Positions 1 to 7,530 of a stretch of DNA of 15,912 bases are shown here, piece by piece. The notes below the pieces were generated by a model. That model was not told the DNA's origin. It made no database searches and worked only from the letters and a program-made list of their open reading frames with translations. Position 1 is the first letter of the stretch; the number at the start of each line of letters is the position of its first letter. A program made the translations under genes and the position numbers. Source of the DNA: Myxococcota bacterium (GTDB taxonomy: Bacteria > Myxococcota > JACRCW01); NCBI GenBank assembly GCA_040752415.1, contig JBFMGU010000248.1, positions 1-15,912 of the forward strand, given 5' to 3'.

Positions 1-290
1 GTGCGCGTGGACCCTTGACGGTTGTCCAAACCGCTCGACGCTGACCAGGGCGGCGAGGGCCCGCCGCACTCCAGGTCGTGGTCCGCTGGACGCGGTCAGG
101 ACCAGATGGGCAACTCATCTTGACGCAGCCCCTGACACCCGCCGACACGGAGCGGAGCGACGGTGCGAGGGGCGGGGCCGCTGGGGGAGATGGTGGTGGT
201 GAGCCGTCCGCCTTCGGCCGGGTGCGCTCCGCCTCCGCCCACGCCGCAGGCCGGGCTTGCTCGGGAGGGCCAACGTCCCCACAAGCATCC

Positions 291-1604
291 ATGAACCGTG
301 TGCGCGGGCTCGGTGGTCTCGCCGTCCTCGTTGCCATCACGCTGGCGTCGACGCTGGCGCGGGCGGACACGTCACGCCCGGTGGCCATCATGCGCCTGGA
401 TGGCACGGTGGACCCCGGCTCGCTGCGCTACCTGGAGCGCGGACTGCACGACGCGGCGGAGCATGACGCGGCGCTGGTGATCCTGGAGCTCAACACGCCG
501 GGTGGCCTCCTGGTCTCGCTGCGCGAGATGACCACCGCCATCACCACGTCGACGGCACCGGTGGCGGTGTGGGTGACGCCGCCGGGAGCGCACGCTGCGT
601 CGGCGGGATTCTTCCTGGTGCTCGCCGCCGACGTGGCGGCCATGGCACCGGGCACCACCACCGGCGCGGCGCACCCGGTGGCCATTGGCCCCGGCGGCCC
701 GAGTGAGGACGGGGAACCCAGCGCCGCCATGCAGAAGGCCGCCCAGGACGCCGCGGCATTCGCGCGCACGCTGGCGCAGCAACGGGGTCGCTCGCCCGAG
801 CACGCCGAGGCGGCGGTCCTGGAGTCGCGCTCCTTTGCGGCGCATGAGGCGCGAGCCATGGGGTTGGTCGACGTGGTGGTGAACACGCGTGAGGAGCTGC
901 TTGACTGGCTGCACGGCCGCACCGTCCGCCGACTCAACGGCTCCACGACGACGCTGCACCTGCGCGACGCGCCCCTGGTGGACCTCTCGCCAAGTTGGGC
1001 GGAGCGCGTGCTGATGCGCCTGGGCAACCCGGAGCTGGCCTACCTGCTCTTGCTGGTGGGGCTGCTGGCCCTGATGACCGAGCTGACCAACCCGGGCATG
1101 GTGATTCCGGGTGTCGTCGGAGCGTTCTGCCTGTTGCTGGGGCTGTACGGCTTCTCGGTCATTCCGGTCTCGGCGGTGGGCGTGCTGCTGGTGCTTGCCG
1201 GTCTTGCGTTGTTGGTGGCGGAGGTGTTCGTCATCAGCCACGGGCTGCTCGCCGTGGGCGGGCTCACCGCGTTTGTCCTGGGCTCCCTGATGCTCGTCGA
1301 CACGCCGGTGCCGGAGTGGCGCGTGGACCTGGTGGTGGTGCTGCCCGCCGCGCTGGTCATGGCCGCGGTGATCCTGTTGCTTCTGCGCCAGGCCTTCCGG
1401 CTCCGCGGAGTGCCGGCGCTCACCGGCGTCGACGCGATGGTGGGCGAGGTTGGCGAGGCGGTCTCCCCGTTGAGCCCCGACGGGAAGGTGCGGGTGCACG
1501 GGGAGTACTGGGATGCGGTGGCCACGCACCCCGTCCCCGACGGCGCGCACGTCCGCGTGGTTCGCATCGAGAGTGGCCGGCTGCACGTGGAGCCGACGCC
1601 GTAG
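291..1604 (+). CDS. nfeD: NfeD family membrane-bound ClpP-class serine protease (long form)
   Basis: Signal peptide ([25 protein letters not shown]). Protease-domain motifs [14 protein letters not shown] (Ser) and QKAAQD (Lys). Then a TM bundle (ELTNPG...AEVF) and a C-terminal OB-fold [12 protein letters not shown]. Lies directly upstream of an SPFH gene. Start moved from 78 to the ATG at 291. Confidence 0.93.
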   Translation: MNRVRGLGGLAVLVAITLASTLARADTSRPVAIMRLDGTVDPGSLRYLERGLHDAAEHDAALVILELNTPGGLLVSLREMTTAITTSTAPVAVWVTPPGAHAASAGFFLVLAADVAAMAPGTTTGAAHPVAIGPGGPSEDGEPSAAMQKAAQDAAAFARTLAQQRGRSPEHAEAAVLESRSFAAHEARAMGLVDVVVNTREELLDWLHGRTVRRLNGSTTTLHLRDAPLVDLSPSWAERVLMRLGNPELAYLLLLVGLLALMTELTNPGMVIPGVVGAFCLLLGLYGFSVIPVSAVGVLLVLAGLALLVAEVFVISHGLLAVGGLTAFVLGSLMLVDTPVPEWRVDLVVVLPAALVMAAVILLLLRQAFRLRGVPALTGVDAMVGEVGEAVSPLSPDGKVRVHGEYWDAVATHPVPDGAHVRVVRIESGRLHVEPTP

Positions 1605-1612
1605 GAGGTGAC

Positions 1613-2440
1613 ATGGGGTTCTTGTCGTCGGAGTTCGTGGGGATCCTGGTTGCGTTGGCGGTGGTGCTCTTCTTCCTGACCCGCTGGATCAAGGTGTTGC
1701 CCGAGTACCAGCGCGGCGTGGTGTTCCGCCTGGGACGCGTGTTGGCGGAGCCCAAGGGACCGGGGCTGGTCCTCATCTTCTGGCCCATTGACCGCATGGT
1801 GCGGGTGAGCCTGCGTACCGTGGTGGAGGACATCCCACCGCAGGACGTCATCACGCGCGACAACGTCTCCATCAAGGTCAACGCGGTGGTCTACTTCCGG
1901 GTGCTCAATCCCATCGCCGCGGTCATCGAGGTGGAGAACTATCTCTACGGCACCTCGCAGCTGGCGCAGACCACGCTCCGTTCCGTGCTGGGCACGGTGG
2001 AGCTCGACGAGCTGCTCTCGGAGCGGGACAAGATCAACCTGCGCCTGCAGACCATCATCGACCGGCAGACCGACCCGTGGGGCGTGAAGGTCGCGCTGGT
2101 GGAGGTGAAGCACGTGGACCTGCCGTCCGAGATGCAGCGGGCCATGGCGCGCCAGGCGGAAGCGGAGCGTGAGAAGCGCGCGAAGGTGATCCTGGCCGAC
2201 GGTGAGTACCTGGCCGCGCAACGCCTCTCCGACGCTGCGGAGATCATGGACCGCCAGCCGGGCACCCTGCAGCTGCGCTACCTGCACACGTTGCTGGACC
2301 TGTCCGCGGAACGCAGCTCCACCATCGTGTTCCCGGTGCCGGTGGATACGCTGCGCTCCTTCCTGGAAGTGGAAGCGCGGGGCAATGGCGTGAAGCAGCG
2401 GCCTGCTCCGTCGACGCCACGGCCCAGCGCGCCCAGCTGA
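1613..2440 (+). CDS. SPFH/Band 7 stomatin-like (slipin) protein
   Basis: GGAGGTG RBS at 1604-1610 and ATG at 1613. N-terminal TM helix, then [56 protein letters not shown] and LQLRYL. Confidence 0.95.
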   Translation: MGFLSSEFVGILVALAVVLFFLTRWIKVLPEYQRGVVFRLGRVLAEPKGPGLVLIFWPIDRMVRVSLRTVVEDIPPQDVITRDNVSIKVNAVVYFRVLNPIAAVIEVENYLYGTSQLAQTTLRSVLGTVELDELLSERDKINLRLQTIIDRQTDPWGVKVALVEVKHVDLPSEMQRAMARQAEAEREKRAKVILADGEYLAAQRLSDAAEIMDRQPGTLQLRYLHTLLDLSAERSSTIVFPVPVDTLRSFLEVEARGNGVKQRPAPSTPRPSAPS

Positions 2441-2448
2441 GTGAAGGA

Positions 2449-2880
2449 TCAGTGCCGGGCGGCGACCACGAAGCGCGCGCCAAAGCGGACCAGCCGGCCG
2501 GAGAGCAACCCGTCGACAGCGTCGAGCAGCGTGTCCGGACGGAAGGGGCGGGTCAGCACCAGGTCACATCCCGCGTCAATGGCGCGCTGGTGCTCCTCGA
2601 CGGTGTTGAGCCCGGTGACGGCGAGGATGGGCGTGCGCCACGTCTCGATGTGGGCGCGCAGGCAACGCGTGGCCACAAAGCCGTCCATCACCGGCATGAC
2701 CAGGTCCATCACGATGAGCGCGGGCCCAAGGCGGATGGCCTGCTCCAGCGCCTCCCGCCCGTTGGTTGCCTCCTCGACGTGAAAACGCCGGCGCAGGATG
2801 TTCCCCGCGACGTGTCGTCCCAGGTCGCTGTCATCAACGACGAGGATGACCGGCCCTCCCGACGCTCCCACCAGTCCCAT
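2449..2880 (-). CDS. Single-domain response regulator (CheY/DivK-like receiver)
   Basis: ILVVDD, IVMDLVMPVMDG (phospho-Asp), PILAVTG and AGCDLVLTRPF. The start at ATG 2880 was chosen from the domain boundary and is uncertain. Confidence 0.88.
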   Translation of the reverse strand: MGLVGASGGPVILVVDDSDLGRHVAGNILRRRFHVEEATNGREALEQAIRLGPALIVMDLVMPVMDGFVATRCLRAHIETWRTPILAVTGLNTVEEHQRAIDAGCDLVLTRPFRPDTLLDAVDGLLSGRLVRFGARFVVAARH

Positions 2881-2982
2881 GTCCCGCCTCACCTGGCCGC
2901 ACCGTCGCGGCGCCCCGTCCAACAACCGCTGACGTCGCGCGCGCATTCCTTGGCGGCGGTGACATCTCTGCAACAGGGTGCC

Positions 2983-3381
2983 TCACGCCCAACCCTGCGC
3001 CTGCAGGAGCGCCATGACCCGGGCGCGGACCTCGTCGCGGATTTCGCGCACGCGCCCCACCGGCTTGCCCTTGGGATCCTCCAGCGGCCAATCATCACGT
3101 GCGAGGCCGGGCACGTATGGACACGCCTCGCCGCAGCCCATGGTGATGAGCATCTGCGCCCCGGCGGCCAGCTCGTCGGTGAGCTTGCGTGGTGTAGCGC
3201 CGCTGAGGTCAAGGCCCACCTCCCGCATGGCCTCCGCCACCTCGGGATGGACGCGCGGCCCGGGTTGCGTGCCGGCGGAGATGGCGCGCGCACGCGCGGG
3301 GTTGCACAGCGCATTGAAGAACGCCGCGGCCATCTGCGAGCGACCGGCGTTGTGCACACAGGCGAAGATCACGGTCTTCAT
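2983..3381 (-). CDS. arsC: Arsenate reductase, LMW-PTP (thioredoxin-type) family
   Basis: P-loop CVHNAGRSQ, plus SAGTQP, ITMGCGEACP and DWPLEDP. ATGA overlap with the aquaporin stop at 3378-3381. Sits in an ars operon. Confidence 0.94.
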   Translation of the reverse strand: MKTVIFACVHNAGRSQMAAAFFNALCNPARARAISAGTQPGPRVHPEVAEAMREVGLDLSGATPRKLTDELAAGAQMLITMGCGEACPYVPGLARDDWPLEDPKGKPVGRVREIRDEVRARVMALLQAQGWA

Positions 3382-4106
3382 GGGGACTCCTCGGGGAGCG
3401 CGGGGTGGGCCAGCACCACGTCGGCGGCCACCGAAGGCGTGGGCGGCAACATCCAGTGGAACAACGCCGTGGCGCCGGCCGCGCCCACCAGTTGCGCCAG
3501 GATGAACCCGGGCACGTCCTCGGGGCGGATGCCGGCGAAGGTGTCGGTGAGCGCGCGCGCCAGCGTCACGGCGGGATTGGCAAACGAGGTGGACGCGGTG
3601 AACCAGTACGCCGCGGTGATGTACGCACCCACCGCAAAGGGAACCACCGCGGCCTTCACCCTCGAGCAGCCCCAGATCACGGCGAGCAGGCCGAACGTCG
3701 CCACGCACTCGCTGAACATCTGCGCGCGACCCTCCCGGACATGCTGCGACACCTGCGCCACCGGCAGGGCAAACATGACGTGGGCGGCGAACACGCCCAG
3801 CACGGCGCCCAGCACCTGCGCGCCGATGTAGACGGGTGCTTCGCGCCACGGCAGACCGCGCTCCCACGCCGCGGACAATGTCACCACCGGATTGAAATGC
3901 GCCCCGGAGATGGGCCCGAACGTGAGGATCAACGCCACCAGGGCGGCACCCGTGGCCAGCGTGTTGGCGAGCAGCGCCAGGCCCACGCTTCCGCCGCTGA
4001 GCCGCTCACCCATGATGCCGGAGCCCACCACCGTGGCCAGCAGCAACGCGGTTCCGGTGCCCTCCGCCACCACGCGTCGCGTGAGGGAGAGGGAGACGCT
4101 GCTCAC
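3378..4106 (-). CDS. MIP/aquaporin family channel, AqpS-like (probable arsenite channel)
   Basis: AEGTGTALL, ISGAHFNPVVT and AYWFTASTSFANPAVT with six TM segments. GTG start overlaps the arsI stop (GTGA, 4103-4106). Confidence 0.92.
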   Translation of the reverse strand: MSSVSLSLTRRVVAEGTGTALLLATVVGSGIMGERLSGGSVGLALLANTLATGAALVALILTFGPISGAHFNPVVTLSAAWERGLPWREAPVYIGAQVLGAVLGVFAAHVMFALPVAQVSQHVREGRAQMFSECVATFGLLAVIWGCSRVKAAVVPFAVGAYITAAYWFTASTSFANPAVTLARALTDTFAGIRPEDVPGFILAQLVGAAGATALFHWMLPPTPSVAADVVLAHPALPEESP

Positions 4107-4564
4107 GACCGTGCGCCCTTGAGCGCGTTGAGCACGCCGCCCTTCACGGTCACCGTGGGCGCGCAGCACGCCGCGGCCTTCTCCGGTGAAGCCTCGCCGT
4201 ACACGGTGGACTCGCCCACGGTGTGGAACGCTTCCCACGCCAGGCCCGCCGGATCATGCACCCAGCCCTTCTCGCTCTGGGCGTAGCAGCAGGTGGTGTT
4301 GCCCTGCTCCAGCAGCTCCCCCGACGACGCCATGCGGCCGTACACCTCCTGCAGCTCGTCGCGGCTCTCCACCTGGATGCCCAGGTGATCCACGCCCACC
4401 TTCTGCCCGCGCGCCGAGATGGCGAAGTTCACGCGCGGATCCTCCAGCATCCACTTGGCGTAGTCCGGCTTCTTCACGGTGGGCGCCACGCCGAACATCC
4501 CGGAGTAGAACCGCACTGCGTCGTCGAGGTTCTCCACCGCCACGTGCACGTGGAAGCGCTTCAT
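4103..4564 (-). CDS. arsI: ArsI/CadI family VOC metalloenzyme (C-As lyase-like)
   Basis: MKRFHVHVAV, KPDYAKWMLEDPRVNFAIS, DHLGIQV and TTCCYAQSEKGWVHDPAGLAWEAF (His/His/Glu plus vicinal Cys). AAGGAGG RBS and ATGA overlap with arsR. Confidence 0.92.
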   Translation of the reverse strand: MKRFHVHVAVENLDDAVRFYSGMFGVAPTVKKPDYAKWMLEDPRVNFAISARGQKVGVDHLGIQVESRDELQEVYGRMASSGELLEQGNTTCCYAQSEKGWVHDPAGLAWEAFHTVGESTVYGEASPEKAAACCAPTVTVKGGVLNALKGARS

Positions 4565-4908
4565 CGTCTTTCCTCCTTGCCTTTCTTCGTCCGTTCCGTG
4601 GGGGTTGGGCAGCATTCCCCGGGCTGCTCCGCGCAGCAGTTGTCCATCAGGAAGCCCACCAGCGCGTCCATCCTCGGGTAGTCCGCGGAGTAGATGATGG
4701 ACCTGCCTTCCCGACGTGAGCTCACCAACCCGGCATGCGAGAGCTGCGAGAGATGGAAGGACATGGTGGCGGGCGGAATGCCCAGGCGCTCCGCCATCTC
4801 ACCGGCCGCCATTCCCTGCGGGCCGCGTCGCACCAGGAGGCGGAACACGGCCAGCCGGGACTCATGGGCCAGCGCCGACAACGCCGTCACCACGTCCGTG
4901 GATTTCAT
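4561..4908 (-). CDS. arsR: ArsR/SmtB family repressor, C-terminal Cys-site type
   Basis: LSALAHESRLAVFRLLV, wHTH ATMSFHLSQLSHAGLVSSRREGRSIIYSA and C-terminal NCCAEQPGECC. First gene of the ars operon. Confidence 0.95.
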   Translation of the reverse strand: MKSTDVVTALSALAHESRLAVFRLLVRRGPQGMAAGEMAERLGIPPATMSFHLSQLSHAGLVSSRREGRSIIYSADYPRMDALVGFLMDNCCAEQPGECCPTPTERTKKGKEERR

Positions 4909-4928
4909 ATTTCCAGTAATATGGAAAT
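4909..4928. promoter_or_regulatory. Probable ArsR operator (7-6-7 inverted repeat)
   Basis: ATTTCCA-GTAATA-TGGAAAT, a perfect AT-rich palindrome in GC-rich DNA, directly abutting the arsR start codon. Confidence 0.8.
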
Positions 4929-4944
4929 GTTGGTGCCGTGTCAA
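4916..4944 (-). promoter_or_regulatory. Sigma70-type promoter of the ars operon
   Basis: Minus strand reads TTGACA (4944-4939), a 17-nt spacer, TATTAC (4921-4916), 7 nt, then ATG. Confidence 0.7.
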
Positions 4945-5029
4945 CACCGCGCTGCGCGAGCCGGGTGACGCCGTGGCTCATGCGGCGGGCCAATCCGAAC
5001 TCGAGCGCCACTGCAAGCGCAGATAATTC

Positions 5030-5059
5030 TTGAAACCACAAACGCCCGTGCTCTAACGC
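5030..5059 (+). promoter_or_regulatory. Possible weak sigma70-type promoter of the divergent operon
   Basis: TTGAAA (5030-5035), 18 nt, TAACGC (5054-5059), ending 5 nt before the ATG at 5065. The -35 lies in an AT-rich patch, but the -10 match is poor. Confidence 0.25.
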
Positions 5060-5064
5060 CGGGC

Positions 5065-5550
5065 ATGACCACGTCCTCGTCGGAGCGGCCGCACGTCCCG
5101 CTGAGTGCCATTGCGGCGTCCATCCATCCTGAGCGGCTTCAGGCCGTGCTGGCGCCCTGGCTCCCCGACCCGGCGGACCGCGCCTTCGTGGTGCGTTGCC
5201 TGGTCCACGAGGGTCCCCACCACCACCGCGGCGCGAACTACGTGCTCATCTCGCTGCTGGGCCTGCTCGTCGAGGCCGTGGGAGTGGGTGCGGTGGACCC
5301 CGACGCTCCCTCCGCGCCGGTGCCCATGCGGCTGCCGCCGGACCTGTTGGAGCACAACCCGCAGGGACATTTTCCGCTGCGCCTTCCGCTTGCGCCGCTG
5401 AGACGCCTGGCGCCGGAGGGCTCGTCGGAATTCCAGGCCATGGTGGATTGCCTCACCGACGGGCCACCGCAGCACGCGCTCGCCAACGCGGCCACGGTCG
5501 CCATGATCGGCGCATTGTTGGACAAGCTTGCTGGAGGCCGGCACGGATGA
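5065..5550 (+). CDS. Hypothetical protein with duplicated C-L-x(1,2)-[DE]-G-P-x-x-H-x-x-A-N motif
   Basis: 161 aa with GC3-rich codons. ATGA overlap with the next gene. Internal repeat RCLVHEGPHHHRGAN / DCLTDGPPQHALAN. Confidence 0.85.
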   Translation: MTTSSSERPHVPLSAIAASIHPERLQAVLAPWLPDPADRAFVVRCLVHEGPHHHRGANYVLISLLGLLVEAVGVGAVDPDAPSAPVPMRLPPDLLEHNPQGHFPLRLPLAPLRRLAPEGSSEFQAMVDCLTDGPPQHALANAATVAMIGALLDKLAGGRHG

Positions 5551-6182
5551 GCGCGCTGCCCGGCGGACTGGAGCAGGCCTTCCGTCTCGCCGCCGGCGAG
5601 CTGGGGATGTGCACCGCAAGCTGGCTCTTCACCGCGCAGCTGGGGGCCGCGGGTGGCCAGGCCATGGTGGCGGCGCTCCGCGACGAGCTGGGTCGCACGT
5701 TCCCCGTCCTGGATTTCGTGGCCACGCGCTGGTTGCGCGGGGAGGCGCCGCTGGCTCCCGTGTCGGAGCGCGTGGTGGAGCGCTGCCGTGGCGTGGAGCA
5801 GCTCCTGGTGGTGGGCCTGGAGACGTCGTTCCTGGATCCCCTGCTTCCGTTGCTGGGCGGCGTGCGCGTCTCCATCCTGACGGAGAGCCCGTTGAAGGTG
5901 GACTGGCGTCGGGTGGTTGCCAACCTGGGCCACGACGTGCGCCCCGTGGGTCTGGCCGACTTCCAGGTGCTGGCGGGCCGCCGCAGCGCGCTGCTGACCT
6001 TCCTCTACGGGCGTCACGGCCGCACCACACACGTCATGCCCGCCTGGTTGCGTGTCATGGGAGCGGATGTGCGCACGCAGTTCCGCACCATCGTGGGCTG
6101 GGACGTGTTGGGCGCGCCCATGTACGTCTACCCGCGCTGGCTCTTCGAGATTCCCTCCGACGACTTCACGGACCTGCTCTGA
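5547..6182 (+). CDS. Hypothetical alpha/beta protein (possible eIF-2B/NagB-RpiA-like fold)
   Basis: GGAGG RBS at 5533-5537 and ATG at 5547 overlapping the upstream stop. 211 aa with a helical N-terminus and alternating beta/alpha C-terminus (LLVVG, VSILTESP, ALLTFLYG). The fold call is a weak inference. Confidence 0.8.
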   Translation: MSALPGGLEQAFRLAAGELGMCTASWLFTAQLGAAGGQAMVAALRDELGRTFPVLDFVATRWLRGEAPLAPVSERVVERCRGVEQLLVVGLETSFLDPLLPLLGGVRVSILTESPLKVDWRRVVANLGHDVRPVGLADFQVLAGRRSALLTFLYGRHGRTTHVMPAWLRVMGADVRTQFRTIVGWDVLGAPMYVYPRWLFEIPSDDFTDLL

Positions 6183-6185
6183 ACC

Positions 6186-7514
6186 ATGCATCCCCAGGCC
6201 ATCCTCACCGCCATTCTCGTCGTGACGTTGCTGCTGCAGGCGGCGGTGCCGCGGATGCGCCTCGTGATCGTGAACGCGGGTGCGGCGCTGGCGTGCCTGG
6301 CCACCTCGCTGCTGGGCCTGGCCACCACCGGGACGCTCCTGGCGGAGGTGCCCTGGGACGTGCTGGTGATCCTCGTGGGGCTGGGGCTGCTCTCGGAGAT
6401 GATGGCGGAGTCGCGGCTCTTTGGTCTGCTCGCGGTGGCAAGCACGCGGCTGAGTCGTGCCAATCCGCGCAAGGTGCTGCTGGCGTTTTGCGTGGGCATG
6501 TACGCGGTGAGTGGGCTGGTCAACAATCTCACCGCGCTCATCCTGGTGCTGCCCATCCTCCACATCCTGCTGCAGCTCATGAGCGTGGACCAGCGTTACA
6601 CGTCGTGGTGCCTGGGCGCGCTGCTGGTGGCGTGCAACCTGGGCGGCGCGGCCACGCCCATTGGCGACTTCCCCGCCATCCTGCTCCTCGGCCGCGGCAG
6701 CATGGACTTCACCGCGTATCTCTCGCTGGCGCTGCCCACGACGTTGGTGGCCCTGGTGATCCTCCTGCTGCTGGTGCTCTACGTGGTGAGGCCGGACCGC
6801 ACGCTGGGCCACGGTGAGGCTTCCTCCCGACTCAGCGTGGCGGTGATGTCGGCGCTCTACCGCAACACGAGGCTGGACTGGCGGGTGCTCGCCCCCTCGG
6901 CGGTCATGCTCGCGGTGATGCTGGTGGGCTGGACCGTGCTGCCCCGGGAGAGCGGCATGACCCCGGAGCTCATCTGCTGGCTCGGCGTGGGGACGGCGCT
7001 GCTGCTGCGACCCTCCCTGGGTGAGGTGCTGATGCGTCGCCGGGTGGACGTGGAGGCCGCGCTCTTCCTGCTCGCGCTCTTTGTCATGGTGGGCGCGGTC
7101 CGACGCAGCGGCATGTTCAAGGACGTTGCCGCCATGCTGGCCGAGCTGCCCGCGCCGCCGCTGGCGCAGCTCCTCGTGTTCCTGGTGCTGGCGGGCATCC
7201 TGACCGGGTTGTTCTCCGCGGGTCCCAGCATGGCGGCGTTGTTGGACGTGGCGGAGTCCCTGGCCCAGCGCATGGATGGCCCCGCCGTGTACGTGGGATT
7301 GGCGTTGAGCGTGTGTGCGGGCAGCTCGCTGTTCCTCACTGCCGCCACGTCGGGGCCCATGGCGCAGGCGTTGACTGAACGGGCCGAGCTCAAGGACCAC
7401 CGGGGCCAACCCCTGGCCTTCGGCTTCTTCCACTTCCTGCCCGTGGGAATGGTGGGCTTCTCCGTCATCCTGCTCGTGGGCATCGCCTTTGCGCTGTGGC
7501 GCGTGGGCTTCTGA
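6186..7514 (+). CDS. ArsB/NhaD (ion transporter superfamily, CitMHS/SLC13/P-protein-like) permease
   Basis: 442 aa with about 11-12 TM segments. Motifs VPWDVLVILVGL, SGLVNNLTALILVLP, ACNLGGAATPIGDFPAILL and VDVEAALFLLALFVMVG. Starts 3 nt after the upstream stop. Confidence 0.88.
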   Translation: MHPQAILTAILVVTLLLQAAVPRMRLVIVNAGAALACLATSLLGLATTGTLLAEVPWDVLVILVGLGLLSEMMAESRLFGLLAVASTRLSRANPRKVLLAFCVGMYAVSGLVNNLTALILVLPILHILLQLMSVDQRYTSWCLGALLVACNLGGAATPIGDFPAILLLGRGSMDFTAYLSLALPTTLVALVILLLLVLYVVRPDRTLGHGEASSRLSVAVMSALYRNTRLDWRVLAPSAVMLAVMLVGWTVLPRESGMTPELICWLGVGTALLLRPSLGEVLMRRRVDVEAALFLLALFVMVGAVRRSGMFKDVAAMLAELPAPPLAQLLVFLVLAGILTGLFSAGPSMAALLDVAESLAQRMDGPAVYVGLALSVCAGSSLFLTAATSGPMAQALTERAELKDHRGQPLAFGFFHFLPVGMVGFSVILLVGIAFALWRVGF

Positions 7515-7530
7515 CGACCTCAACTCGCCC

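Noticed and set aside
1..18. Possible 3' end of an upstream gene (VRVDP-stop)
   Set aside because: Too short to support.
78..290. N-terminal extension of NfeD
   Set aside because: Low-complexity G/A/S sequence ahead of a clear signal peptide starting at 291.
2969..2985. Sigma54-like element upstream of the response regulator (minus strand AGGCACCCTGTTGCA)
   Set aside because: GG-to-GC spacing is 9 nt rather than the required 10.
2983..7514. Ars region as a mobile island
   Set aside because: No transposase, integrase, tRNA, flanking repeats or obvious GC shift was seen.
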